Source: Escherichia phage ECD7. Taken from it: 64,000 nucleotides of DNA. Below the pieces are notes generated by a model that saw only the letters and a program-made list of their open reading frames with translations, had not been told where the DNA came from and searched no databases. Location of the stretch: the sequence record NC_041936.1; one strand, written 5' to 3'. The first letter of the stretch is position 1; each line of letters begins with the position of its first letter. This document shows positions 9,006 through 19,001 of the stretch, one piece after another. Made by a program: the position numbers and the translations under genes.

Positions 9006-10092
9006 TGTCTCAATAAAACTTTATCAGGATTATGAGGCATTTCTAAATCATCGCTTTATAGAATTGGGTGCTACCTTTGTTACAATGACTCTGCGTGATT
9101 CTATTCGTGGGGTGAACGAAGGATTGTTGCAATTCTATGATAATAAGGCGATGCATACAAAATTAAACGGGAGAGAGATCATTCAGATTTCGCTATCAAC
9201 TGCTAATACAGATGAAGTGTTTAACCGAATCTATGGGATCTCTCATAGTAATGTAACAATTGACCAAAAATCCGACAACATTTTAACATTCCAGTTAAAG
9301 AGCTATCACGAAACACTAAACCTTAAATTTTCCCGCTCATTGACAAATAACGCTGTTAATAACGTAACTAGCATGATTGATGCCATCTATAAGGAAGTTC
9401 CTTTATGGAAACCTACTATAAAGGGTGATAACGTTGTTATTCCTCGTTGTCCGTGGGTTAGTACCATAAATGACTATATGGATTTTGTGAGGGCATACGG
9501 GCAAAGCGTAGAAACCGAGTCTTTCGTGTATTGCTGGGAAGATTTTGATGGTATAACGATCGCTGGACACGATACAATATTAAAAAATGAGCCAATACCA
9601 GCTATAATCTGTGAGCCTAGACTCATGGGGCAATTTATTGATATGTCGCCTAATCTGATGGTTTTTAATTTCGAGTGGCAGACTAAGAGCAATGCTAAAG
9701 TTAAAAATTCATTTAGCAATGTGACATACACAACTATTGATTTTGTTACTAAGCAGTATAATAAAATTATTGTTGGTAATGGGGATAATATTGCACACTT
9801 TGCTCATGGTGGAGCTTATGGTGATTTAACTTATAAGAATGCGTTTTTGGAAGGGTCTAAACTCGCCACAATAGAACAATATGATTCATATGCTACCGCC
9901 GTGTGTCACGGTAATTTTTCGTTGCGCCCCGGTATGGTTATTCGATTCTTTGATGAGAAGCAACAAGCACGCAATGATTTTATTGTTGACGAAGTGGTGC
10001 ATGAAATTAGCCGAGAGCAATCATTAACTCACCTGTATATGATCGGTAACAGCGAAGAATTACAGGAAGTCAAATTTGAAGGTAAGATATAA
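8983..10092 (+). CDS. 27: baseplate hub subunit gp27
   Basis: N-terminus MQRTGFPNVSIKLYQDYEAFLNHRFIELGATF..GLLQFYD matches recalled T4 gp27. Confidence 0.85.
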   Translation: MQRTGFPNVSIKLYQDYEAFLNHRFIELGATFVTMTLRDSIRGVNEGLLQFYDNKAMHTKLNGREIIQISLSTANTDEVFNRIYGISHSNVTIDQKSDNILTFQLKSYHETLNLKFSRSLTNNAVNNVTSMIDAIYKEVPLWKPTIKGDNVVIPRCPWVSTINDYMDFVRAYGQSVETESFVYCWEDFDGITIAGHDTILKNEPIPAIICEPRLMGQFIDMSPNLMVFNFEWQTKSNAKVKNSFSNVTYTTIDFVTKQYNKIIVGNGDNIAHFAHGGAYGDLTYKNAFLEGSKLATIEQYDSYATAVCHGNFSLRPGMVIRFFDEKQQARNDFIVDEVVHEISREQSLTHLYMIGNSEELQEVKFEGKI

Positions 10093-10610
10093 TGACAGAA
10101 ACTAAACCTATGTTAAAATTTGTTGTTCCTGTAAAAAAATTAGAGATAAACGGGAAACATATCAAGATCCCAAAAATGGGGATTAAGCAACATCGATTAT
10201 TAAAAGATGTTCGTAGCTGTGATGAAACATTAAAGATTCTTCTTGATTCAATCTGTCCTGGGTTAAACGCTGCCGAGTCTGAATTGGTTATGCTTAACCT
10301 TTGTGCGTTTAATGGTAAGTGTCTGGAAGAAAAAGACGGTCTTAAGCTGTCTGATGTGTATATTTGTACAGAGACTGAATTTACTTTAAATGGTAAAGTC
10401 TTTAAATTTAAAAATCCAATGTATACTTCTGACCCCATTATCGATGACGCTGATTTCTTGAGTCATCATTATCACGATCCTAGTGTAGACTTCCATGATT
10501 TCCCAGCTTTTATTATGGATTGGGCTACAGGATTAAGAAAAACTATTGCACTGGATACACCGGAAGGTACTATCTATGGTGGAATTAACATATTGGATCG
10601 CCTATCATGA
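10092..10610 (+). CDS. 28: baseplate hub distal subunit gp28
   Basis: 172 aa, ATGA overlap with gp27 stop, synteny. Confidence 0.75.
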   Translation: MTETKPMLKFVVPVKKLEINGKHIKIPKMGIKQHRLLKDVRSCDETLKILLDSICPGLNAAESELVMLNLCAFNGKCLEEKDGLKLSDVYICTETEFTLNGKVFKFKNPMYTSDPIIDDADFLSHHYHDPSVDFHDFPAFIMDWATGLRKTIALDTPEGTIYGGINILDRLS

Positions 10611-12340
10611 ATGACGCATTAACATCATTTCGCGGGATGCGCAAGGAAGCGGAAGAAAACCCGATTGATAAACTTAACAAATTAGATAAACTTGATTCTA
10701 TTGATAATTTGCAAGCCGCTACCGAATTGGTGGCGGAGACAGTAGAACAAAAATCTAATGAAGTTGTTGGTGCGGTAGAGGATAACACCGCAGCCAATGA
10801 ATTGACGGCAGAAAATACACAATCTACCGCTGGCAATACCAAAAAAACTTATGAAGAATTGCAAAAACTCAATAATTTCTCTTCTCAGATGAATGAGAAA
10901 TTACGTGGTTTTGGTGTTATGATGGAACGTAGATTTGGTGTTGTCAGTAAAATGGCTAGCGGTATTGGTGCGATTGAAGAAGCACTGAAAAAACCGGAAC
11001 AACCGCAAACAATGCCATCACCTCAGCCAGTTTTGCCTACTGTACCGGAACAGCCTAATAATGACAACTATCAAGGTCTTCCAAAGAAAAAACCAGATGT
11101 TGAGGAACGGAAGAAAAAGAACGCCACAGATAAGCGTAATGCCGATTCTATGGAAAATCTTCTTAAAGTTGTTCGTGGAGGATTTAAAGAAACCATAGGT
11201 ATCTCTAATAAGGTCTTAGGGATGTTATTTAAGATCACCTTGACCGCTATGGCAGAAGCCGCAAAATGGGGTGCTATTTTGATGGGTATTGTTTTTGTCA
11301 TTGATACCCTGATGGTTCATTTCAGATATTGGAGCGATTTATTCGAGACAAAATTCAGTGAATTTATGGATAAAGCCGGAGAATGGGCTGGACCAATTAG
11401 TGATATTCTAACAACTATTCGTCAAGTTCGAGATTATTGGTCTAAAGGCGAATATGGAGAGTTAATTAAATCTCTTGTTATGGGTATTGGTGATGCATTC
11501 TATAAAACCTTTATCCAACTTGATCGAATTATCACTACTGGTATTGCTAAAATTCTTCGCATGATCCCTGGTATGGGTGATTATGCCGATAAGTTAGAAT
11601 ACGGTGCTTTAAAGTCTGCTGTCGCTCAAGGCTATACGCCAAATGAAAGAGAACTCGAATTAATGGATAAGGTCGAGTCTGAACATGAAGAAGACAAATA
11701 TGGAGAGCGTACTGGTTGGACCGGAAAAGCCCGTGATATTGGCGAAGCTATTGGGGATTCTATTAAGGATAAAGTTAACGAAGGTCTTGTTAGTCTGGGC
11801 TGGCGAGATCAAAAGGATGTTGACGCAGAGAAACGACAAGAAGAATTAAAACGCGGGGAATATAAGTCTGTTTCTGCTGAACAACGATCTGCTAGTCGTA
11901 AACTTAGAATTAAAAGCGAGGGCGCGATCAATAATATTAATGAAGTTATGGAGAATTTGAGCGGTGACTATGACAAAGAAAGAATGGGAGAGTTGAAAAA
12001 GGATATTGATGTTTACCGTGAGCAAGTTCAAGATCCTACATTAGTTGAAAGTGATCGTTCTCAGTTAGAGCGTCTTATTGAAAAATTTGATGAGATGTAT
12101 GCTGATAAAACTAAGGGTGCGGTTCCAGCTAATCCTGTTCCTGCAACTGAAACGGAAACAGCAAAACAAGCGGAACGTACTGAACAAATGCAGAAACAAG
12201 CTGCAATCCAGCAACAAACGACAAATCAGACCTCAAACGTAAATAATACACAAATTGTAACAAACAATAGAACTGTTAAACAGGGTGCACCAACAACTAG
12301 AATTGATGCCCCCGGTACAATTAATATGGGGAACTTTTAA
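10607..12340 (+). CDS. 29: baseplate hub subunit / tail length determinator gp29
   Basis: 577 aa, coiled-coil rich, synteny between 28 and 48. Confidence 0.8.
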   Translation: MNDALTSFRGMRKEAEENPIDKLNKLDKLDSIDNLQAATELVAETVEQKSNEVVGAVEDNTAANELTAENTQSTAGNTKKTYEELQKLNNFSSQMNEKLRGFGVMMERRFGVVSKMASGIGAIEEALKKPEQPQTMPSPQPVLPTVPEQPNNDNYQGLPKKKPDVEERKKKNATDKRNADSMENLLKVVRGGFKETIGISNKVLGMLFKITLTAMAEAAKWGAILMGIVFVIDTLMVHFRYWSDLFETKFSEFMDKAGEWAGPISDILTTIRQVRDYWSKGEYGELIKSLVMGIGDAFYKTFIQLDRIITTGIAKILRMIPGMGDYADKLEYGALKSAVAQGYTPNERELELMDKVESEHEEDKYGERTGWTGKARDIGEAIGDSIKDKVNEGLVSLGWRDQKDVDAEKRQEELKRGEYKSVSAEQRSASRKLRIKSEGAINNINEVMENLSGDYDKERMGELKKDIDVYREQVQDPTLVESDRSQLERLIEKFDEMYADKTKGAVPANPVPATETETAKQAERTEQMQKQAAIQQQTTNQTSNVNNTQIVTNNRTVKQGAPTTRIDAPGTINMGNF

Positions 12341-13398
12341 TGAAAATTAGTGTTATCAATGATGCCGTTGATAGCTTTAAAGCGGGGGTTAAAACCTCCG
12401 CTGGTTTTACCTCAAAAAATAAAGGGAAAACATTAACCGCTCAATTCCCCGCTGAACGTGCTAGCGGTAATGATGCTAGCGGTTATTATATCAACGACTT
12501 ATATAATAATGGTCTGTTATTCACTGCATACGATTATACATCTCGTACTACTGGATCGTTGCGTGATTTCAGGAAAAAGAAAAATGTTGCTAGCGGTTTT
12601 GGCGGTAGCGTTAATATCGCTGGTTTTGATTTAAATTTGGGAGGGAGAAATGCTGCATTTGACCGCGAGGCAATTGCTAATATTCTTCTTCCTCGTAGTC
12701 AATCTGACGTTGACGCTGCTAGCCATAAGTTTAATGATGTTGGTGAATCTGTCATTTCTCGCGGCGGTGGTACTTTAGGCGGTGCTCTTTCTAATATGGC
12801 ATCTACTGCCGTTTTTGGTGGTATCGAAAGTATTACTGGTGGATACCTTGCCGATCACGGTGAACAGATTTATAATACTGCGCGAAGCATGTATGCTGGT
12901 GCTGACGCACGAACTAAAAACTACGTATGGCATTTAACCCCACGTAGTATTGAAGACCTTCGCAATATTCTGATCATATACGAAACGTTTTTAGAATTGT
13001 CTTATGGATCTAGTGGTATTTCCAGCACCGCAAAAGAATTAAAAGCGGAAGTTGATGCGTGGTATAAAAATACACTATTGAGAAAATCCACCCCAGAGGA
13101 AGCGAAGAGAAATGATACTCTGTTTGAAGGGATCACCGATTTTCTATCAAACGCAATTACTGTATCTAACCCGACAATATGGATGATCTCTAACTTCGGT
13201 AAGCGTACATCGTTTGAAGGGCGTAGCGATGCATTTGGTCCCGCTCAGATCTCAAGTGTACGTCTGGACAAGTCGCCGGATGGTAAGTTTAATGGCCTTG
13301 CTATTTCTCCTAACTTGCCGAGTACCTTTGTTCTGGAAGTATCATTTAGAGAGATCTTGACACTTTCCCGTGGTACTATATTTGGGAGTGCGGTATAA
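12340..13398 (+). CDS. 48: baseplate tail tube cap gp48
   Basis: 352 aa, synteny, overlapping start/stop with neighbours. Confidence 0.8.
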   Translation: MKISVINDAVDSFKAGVKTSAGFTSKNKGKTLTAQFPAERASGNDASGYYINDLYNNGLLFTAYDYTSRTTGSLRDFRKKKNVASGFGGSVNIAGFDLNLGGRNAAFDREAIANILLPRSQSDVDAASHKFNDVGESVISRGGGTLGGALSNMASTAVFGGIESITGGYLADHGEQIYNTARSMYAGADARTKNYVWHLTPRSIEDLRNILIIYETFLELSYGSSGISSTAKELKAEVDAWYKNTLLRKSTPEEAKRNDTLFEGITDFLSNAITVSNPTIWMISNFGKRTSFEGRSDAFGPAQISSVRLDKSPDGKFNGLAISPNLPSTFVLEVSFREILTLSRGTIFGSAV

Positions 13399-14330
13399 TG
13401 TTTGATTTAAATGATTTTAACGAACAAGCCGCTAACCTTGACTTTCAGCGATCCAACTTATTCAGCGTGGCATTTGCCACCACTCCAAGTAATAAGACAC
13501 AAGCGATCCTAGAAAGTATGGGCGGTGCGGTATATGATATTATACCAAATGCATTAAATGACTATTTCGGGATTACTCGTGGTGATTATACTGACGCATT
13601 AACAAATCTTGCTGTACAGGGTGTTAGGCGTGCTGTTGATTCATCCGGTGTCAAAAAGTATCTTTTAGGTGCAATGTCATCCCGCGTAGTTCAATCTCTT
13701 CTGGGGCAATTTGATGTTGGTACATATGCGCTTGACTGGTTCAATATGGCATATAAGACAAGCGGTCTTCTGGTGTATGCTGTTAAGGTTCCAGAAAACA
13801 GATTGAATTATGAAATGGACCGTAACCACAATGCACCAAACATTCGAATTACCGGACGTGATTTTGATCCGCTTGTGTTGAGCTTTAGAATGGACTCTAG
13901 CGCATCAAACTATAGAGCAATGCAAGATTGGGTTAACTCAGTAGAAGACCCCGTCACAGGGCTTCGTGCGCTTCCTGTTGACGTTGAAGCGGATATTCAG
14001 GTCAACTTACATAACCGAATGGGAGTCCCTCACACGATCATGATGTTTAATGGTTGTGTTCCTGTTGGTGTGAGTGCACCGGAATTAACCTATGAAAACA
14101 ACAACGAAATTACAACATTCGATGTTACTTTTGCGTATAGGACTATGCAAACTGGTGCTGTAGGAGAGCAAGCCGCGCGAGAATGGATTGAGGATAAGGC
14201 AATAAACGCAATAACAAACACTTTCGGCAATAATTTACTTGATAGTGGGTTATCTGCTGCTGGTAATGCTTTATCGCGTCTAAATGGCGTTGGTGGGCGT
14301 GTGGTGAATACTGTCACCAACTGGTTCTAA
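13398..14330 (+). CDS. 54: baseplate tail tube initiator gp54
   Basis: 310 aa, synteny, strong terminator hairpin downstream. Confidence 0.8.
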   Translation: MFDLNDFNEQAANLDFQRSNLFSVAFATTPSNKTQAILESMGGAVYDIIPNALNDYFGITRGDYTDALTNLAVQGVRRAVDSSGVKKYLLGAMSSRVVQSLLGQFDVGTYALDWFNMAYKTSGLLVYAVKVPENRLNYEMDRNHNAPNIRITGRDFDPLVLSFRMDSSASNYRAMQDWVNSVEDPVTGLRALPVDVEADIQVNLHNRMGVPHTIMMFNGCVPVGVSAPELTYENNNEITTFDVTFAYRTMQTGAVGEQAAREWIEDKAINAITNTFGNNLLDSGLSAAGNALSRLNGVGGRVVNTVTNWF

Positions 14331-14338
14331 TAAGCGAA

Positions 14339-14368
14339 AGGCGGGGATAATCCCCGCCTTTTTATTTT
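14339..14368 (+). terminator. rho-independent terminator downstream of gene 54
   Basis: AGGCGGGGATAATCCCCGCCT hairpin followed by TTTTTATTTT. Confidence 0.65.
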
Positions 14369-14847
14369 GCTAAATCATTGCAATATTTTAGTGCCTTAGT
14401 TTGAAATTCTGCGCTGTTAAGTTCTTCATAACGGTCATAATCACCGTTTAATGCTGCCTTTCTTGCTTCTTGCTCTATCTGCATGTCAGACATGATAATA
14501 CAGCGATCCCGCGCTTTCATCTTCTCAAGTTGTATAGACTCTTCTTTCTGCTTGCGCAATTCTTCTTGACGCTTCTTTTCTTCTTGTGCTTTCTCTTCCC
14601 GCGCTTCTTTGATTGCATCCTTGAACATCTGCGTTTGTGGTGCTAAACCAACTTTAACGCGATCCACGTCTCGACGTTCCATTTTAGAAATAAAGCATGA
14701 TTCGATCTGATCATCACTTGCATATGCTGCTTTACATTCACGAAGCAAGAAAACCGGATCTGATTTAGCATTCATCATAGCTTCCATGTTGGCACAACCA
14801 GTAAGCATGAATGCAGCCGCAAGACCAATCAGTTTAATCATTTTCAT
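14362..14847 (-). CDS. predicted lipoprotein
   Basis: signal peptide with lipobox (..FMLTGCANM..), charged coiled-coil body. Confidence 0.6.
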   Translation of the reverse strand: MKMIKLIGLAAAFMLTGCANMEAMMNAKSDPVFLLRECKAAYASDDQIESCFISKMERRDVDRVKVGLAPQTQMFKDAIKEAREEKAQEEKKRQEELRKQKEESIQLEKMKARDRCIIMSDMQIEQEARKAALNGDYDRYEELNSAEFQTKALKYCNDLAK

Positions 14848-15668
14848 TTAGTCACCTCACCGAAAATTGTAAATTGTCTACGATTCTCATCGCCGAAAGA
14901 TTCTACTACGTCGTTTACCTTGACGCAAGTCCCGCGCGGTAAAATTACTTCACATTCGCAAGGGTTCCATGCAATTGACCCAACAACAAAACCTTTATGA
15001 TCTTTTACGTCAATTACCCATGATACATTACAAGAATGTTGCATCTTTCCGGTCATTGATTCATATCGATTCTCGCAATAAAGGCTAGTGCTGTTTGATA
15101 GCCATCCTCCAAAGATGATTGGTGTCATGCTGGTTGACACAAAGTTTTTAAAGGTAAATTCCTTATCTTCAATAATACGCTCTATTGTCTGAATGTCAAG
15201 ATGTTGACCGCGATAAAGAGTACCGTTTAACTTTTCGGTTTTATCCATGACACAATCCATCAAATCAACAATCTCTGATATCTCATCGGTCATGTCTTCT
15301 TCCCCTAAGAGAGCACCATTTACCCATTCGTATTGTTCGGACACATAATCACAGATTGCATTATATTCTGCTGGGGTTATGTTGTTATGTTTGTAATGTT
15401 TGAATACATTATCTCCAAAGTCTTCGGAGTGTACTTCATACATCACATTAATGATTTTCTTGACAAATCCATAATCTTGTGTCTCACGCTCAAGGAAGCG
15501 GATAACCTTCACATAATCATCAAAGTTAATCTGATCGCTGATCATCTCAGTGATCATGTAACCATTAATCCCCTCAATGTCATATGTTTCGATGTAATTA
15601 TCCATACGTTCCATCATTGATTCGCGTGATTCTTCTGAAAGACGAAAATCCTGTAATTTCTTGAACAT
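14844..15668 (-). CDS. Alt-like ADP-ribosyltransferase paralog
   Basis: 274 aa; shares YRGQ.., FKNFVSTS.., GGW and ECEVILPRG motifs with the C-terminal region of the adjacent Alt ORF (R-S-E ART signature). Confidence 0.7.
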   Translation of the reverse strand: MFKKLQDFRLSEESRESMMERMDNYIETYDIEGINGYMITEMISDQINFDDYVKVIRFLERETQDYGFVKKIINVMYEVHSEDFGDNVFKHYKHNNITPAEYNAICDYVSEQYEWVNGALLGEEDMTDEISEIVDLMDCVMDKTEKLNGTLYRGQHLDIQTIERIIEDKEFTFKNFVSTSMTPIIFGGWLSNSTSLYCENRYESMTGKMQHSCNVSWVIDVKDHKGFVVGSIAWNPCECEVILPRGTCVKVNDVVESFGDENRRQFTIFGEVTK

Positions 15669-15680
15669 TTTAAACCTCCC

Positions 15681-15720
15681 ATATAACAGAAAACGGGGCT
15701 AGTATAAAACTAGTCCCCGT
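15681..15720 (-). terminator. terminator-like hairpin between alt and alt-like gene
   Basis: ACGGGGCTAGT..ACTAGTCCCCGT long hairpin followed by T-rich run on minus strand. Confidence 0.45.
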
Positions 15721-15746
15721 TTGAGTCAACCATTATTTCTTAAAAA

Positions 15747-17798
15747 TTACATTTTAAATTTATCTGGCATTGCGTCTACAGATACCAGATCAGCGATAAG
15801 CTGACGTAGAGTTGCCTTATCTGCTTTCTTACGTTCGGTTTTAGCTTCGCTAATGAAGCTGGAGAAAGACAGGTCAGAAGCAGGTTTAACAACACCCTCA
15901 CGGATGAATGCATCACCGTCCGCGATCATCTCACCAGATTCTTGTAATGCTGCCAGTTCACTTTTGTTCATAATATGTGCCTCAATGTAATAAGTTTCTT
16001 GTGAATCCGTCGATGCCGTAGCACGAGTTACCGTATCAAAGGATAACACAACACCGCGAGGAAGTAAAATCTCGCATTCTTTGTAAGCAAATGCTTTGTT
16101 ACCTACTGGCAATACAGGGATGTTTTCCGCGCCAGCGATAGAGAAAGCAACATTAGCGCCACCTTCACCGCGAGAGCCAGCCATAGAATCAACACCAGCA
16201 ACGGCACTAGCCACGTTTGCATTCCAGCCACCAAAAATATTAGGCGCAAGGGAAGTGCTCACATAGTTTTTAAAGTAAAACGCTTTTTGCTTACGTGCAG
16301 TTTCCCACATTTGCGACCGGAAGTCCATACCACGATACAGAATAGTACCCGGATCAAGTTTAACACCATAGTTAGAGAAGGCATTATCCAGTGCATCGCA
16401 CATCTTGACCAATTCTTCTGGATCTGCGATTCCCTCAAACTCTTCCAGCTTGCGATCAGTTAGGAAGTTGTTCATATTGATGTATGCTGCATCGGCATAT
16501 TCGCTCAACACAAAACCTTCCGCGCCCGGCAGATCAAGATCAATATCTGCCATCATTTCACCCATGTTGCTAGCAATTGCTTCAAACATACCGGACGCAA
16601 CATTACGAAGGGCATCGGTTTTAATCTGGGTGATATGACTACGCAGCATTTCAGCTTTTACATCTGCTGGCATAGACTGGTCTACTCGATCCATTGCCAG
16701 GGCGGTGATCTTGTTTTCGAATACTTCCTCGCTCATGATTTCTTTTAAGCGTTTGATTGAGGCTGCGATAACTTCCGCAGACAACGGATCATATTGATCC
16801 TGAACTTTTACCAGTTCGCTTACTGCGTATTTTGCATCGGCTTCGCTTTCAAAAATAGTACGCATGAAACCATAGCGAGTGATAATATCACTTGTCCAGT
16901 CATTCAGAGAACGGGCGGTTGAACGTTCTAAGGCTTGACGGTCAATCAGAGTATTAAACTGTTTCTTAGGTTCGGCTTCGGTGATATCTTCTTCCGGTTT
17001 AAGATTAATTTTTTCTGGATGATTCACGTAGTCGCTGTTATAGGTCGCTTGAGTTTTCAGCATTTCTTCTTTAGTCAAACGAGATTTAGCCGCTACGCGT
17101 TGTTCTGCTTCCGCGTTTCGTTCTTCTTCTGACACAAGACTAGCCGCATACGCCTCATCTTTAGTCAGAGATTCACCAGTAGCCTTAGATACCCAGCGAT
17201 CACCTAAATCACTTTCTACTTTAGTGAACAAGGATTCATCAAGTTTAATCCCTTTAATCTTATCAATCGCCATCCCGCGACGTTTGACAACAACTAAAGC
17301 GATCTTTTTGCTGGTCATTACTTCCTGCTGGAATACTTCAAACTTCGGTGTACGACGCACCAAACGCTCTATAACGCGCTTAACCAGTTCGGTCTTACCT
17401 TTCATGCGGGATACGTTAAAACGGAACATAACAGCGTCTAATTGCGCTTTACGGGCTGTTTCCATAACCACATCAAAAGCACTTGCCATAACTGCAATCG
17501 GGTTATCACCTAGACCATTTTTAAGCTGTACAATACGACCGCTTTTGTTCATTTCACACAGTACAACGTGTGCGGTCTTGTCACCCATACGAATAATTTT
17601 AGGTGTTTTGTTGGTGAAGTTGCAAAGACGGACAATCACATCTTTATCGCGTGTCTGTACTGCAAAAAGCTGTTTAGGATTCTGCTTAGGCTTTAAGCAT
17701 TGTACCGGAGCAATACTGCCAAAGTTTTCTTCCTCTTCCGTCAACAGCCATTTCTCGAAAGATTCAATCATTAGATCGTCGATTTCTAAGTTAAACAT
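15747..17798 (-). CDS. alt: Alt ADP-ribosyltransferase (internal head protein)
   Basis: 683 aa (T4 Alt about 682); LYRGMDF, FKNYVSTSLAPNIFGGW, ECEILLPRG; position between gene 54 and ligase. Confidence 0.85.
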   Translation of the reverse strand: MFNLEIDDLMIESFEKWLLTEEEENFGSIAPVQCLKPKQNPKQLFAVQTRDKDVIVRLCNFTNKTPKIIRMGDKTAHVVLCEMNKSGRIVQLKNGLGDNPIAVMASAFDVVMETARKAQLDAVMFRFNVSRMKGKTELVKRVIERLVRRTPKFEVFQQEVMTSKKIALVVVKRRGMAIDKIKGIKLDESLFTKVESDLGDRWVSKATGESLTKDEAYAASLVSEEERNAEAEQRVAAKSRLTKEEMLKTQATYNSDYVNHPEKINLKPEEDITEAEPKKQFNTLIDRQALERSTARSLNDWTSDIITRYGFMRTIFESEADAKYAVSELVKVQDQYDPLSAEVIAASIKRLKEIMSEEVFENKITALAMDRVDQSMPADVKAEMLRSHITQIKTDALRNVASGMFEAIASNMGEMMADIDLDLPGAEGFVLSEYADAAYINMNNFLTDRKLEEFEGIADPEELVKMCDALDNAFSNYGVKLDPGTILYRGMDFRSQMWETARKQKAFYFKNYVSTSLAPNIFGGWNANVASAVAGVDSMAGSRGEGGANVAFSIAGAENIPVLPVGNKAFAYKECEILLPRGVVLSFDTVTRATASTDSQETYYIEAHIMNKSELAALQESGEMIADGDAFIREGVVKPASDLSFSSFISEAKTERKKADKATLRQLIADLVSVDAMPDKFKM

Positions 17799-17840
17799 TT
17801 TATATCCTCTAGTTGATAACCTATAAACCTATATTTATGA

Positions 17841-17862
17841 AAAAGGGGCTTAACGCCCCCTT
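17841..17862 (-). terminator. terminator-like hairpin upstream of alt
   Basis: AGGGGCTTAACGCCCC hairpin flanked by A- and T-runs, possibly bidirectional. Confidence 0.45.
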
Positions 17863-17865
17863 TTA

Positions 17866-18077
17866 TTATAATGCACCATCAAGCAATTGCTCTAAGGTGT
17901 ATCCTGAATAGTCTTTTTCAATCAGGATATATTTTCCTACTCGTTTAATCCAACCGCGCATTTCAACGTATTCTGCGTAGTTGATGGTGCGAGTTGTTCC
18001 ATCTTCCAGTAATGCAGTACCGATTTCGTTGATGCGGTCATAAGTTACGTCGGTAATGATGATTTCGATGTTAGCCA
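17866..18077 (-). CDS. hypothetical small early protein
   Basis: start set to ATG (MANIEI..) directly downstream of promoter cassette; track ORF extends into the promoter. Confidence 0.5.
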
Positions 18078-18143
18078 TTTGATACTCATTAGTAGTTCGT
18101 TTCGGTATGTGTGCATTATAGGGGATCACCGATCCCTTGTCAA
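18078..18143 (-). promoter_or_regulatory. early promoter cassette (PeSL-like) 1
   Basis: minus strand: TTGACA, 17-bp spacer containing inverted repeat GGGATCGGTGATCCCC, TATAAT, conserved leader ..CCGAAACGAAC.., then ATG. Confidence 0.6.
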
Positions 18144-18151
18144 CAACTTTT

Positions 18152-18670
18152 TTAGTTATTTTTTAATTGCTCATCTTGCAATAGGGCAATCACATGCTGG
18201 CGATGTTCTTCCGATTGAGGCACACCGAAAAAGTTTGTTTTGTAGAAATACTCTAATCGGTCTTCTCGTGTGCTCTCTTCCATCATGATCGCGGGTAGTC
18301 CGAGATTTCGGAAACGTCGCTTTTCTGCTGGCGTAAAATCACTGTAATACAGCATATAATCATCATTACCAGCAATGCTAAACTCATCCTTCATGAAAGA
18401 GAATATTGCGTTTAAACGCTGTTTACCGTCCACGATTTCGATTTCATAGCGAGAGCCATCATCAATCTTAGCCATTGCGATAGCACCAACCGGAAAATCA
18501 TTAATCAGGTTTTCGATAAACATACGTTTGTTTTCTGTGTCCCATACCAAAGGACGCTGATAATCTGGGTTCATGTTGATATAGCCATCTTCTAACCATG
18601 CTTCGTAAACAGAGATGACAAAGTTTTTAGTATTGGTATAGTAACGGCGTTTAGGCGTTAAACGGTTCAT
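18152..18670 (-). CDS. DUF262 (ParB/Srx-like nuclease/NTPase domain) protein
   Basis: motifs NPDYQRPLVW and DGKQRL are the DUF262 signature; start set to ATG (MNRLT..) with AGGAG SD, 1 nt after upstream stop. Confidence 0.6.
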   Translation of the reverse strand: MNRLTPKRRYYTNTKNFVISVYEAWLEDGYINMNPDYQRPLVWDTENKRMFIENLINDFPVGAIAMAKIDDGSRYEIEIVDGKQRLNAIFSFMKDEFSIAGNDDYMLYYSDFTPAEKRRFRNLGLPAIMMEESTREDRLEYFYKTNFFGVPQSEEHRQHVIALLQDEQLKNN

Positions 18671-18671
18671 A

Positions 18672-19001
18672 TTATAGTCTCCTGAATGGATCATCACGTA
18701 AATCAATATCTTTTAAGAACTCATCCCATGAATGGCGGATATTGTTCTTAATTCTCCAGATAAGCGCAGGGATTGAACGCTCTCCCATCTGGAAGTAAGG
18801 ATCATATGATCCGTATGCCCAATATGCTACTACAATTCCACAATCAGCGCAATAGTATTCTATTTCACTTGCTGGCGACCAAAGTCCATCAATATGATCA
18901 GTGATCTTGCTTTCGATGTTATGGCTATGACAATCAGGGCAACGGATGCAATGACCTTGTTTATCGTAATTTGACGTTAGAGAATACTTAAACAATCTCA
19001 T
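18672..19001 (-). CDS. zinc-ribbon-like hypothetical protein
   Basis: 109 aa, CIRCPDC...CADCG cysteine pairs. Confidence 0.5.
   Translation of the reverse strand: MRLFKYSLTSNYDKQGHCIRCPDCHSHNIESKITDHIDGLWSPASEIEYYCADCGIVVAYWAYGSYDPYFQMGERSIPALIWRIKNNIRHSWDEFLKDIDLRDDPFRRL

Noticed and set aside
17224-17826. 200-aa plus-strand ORF
   Set aside because: Lies entirely antisense within the well-supported alt gene; Ser/Leu/Arg-rich low-complexity translation typical of a shadow ORF.
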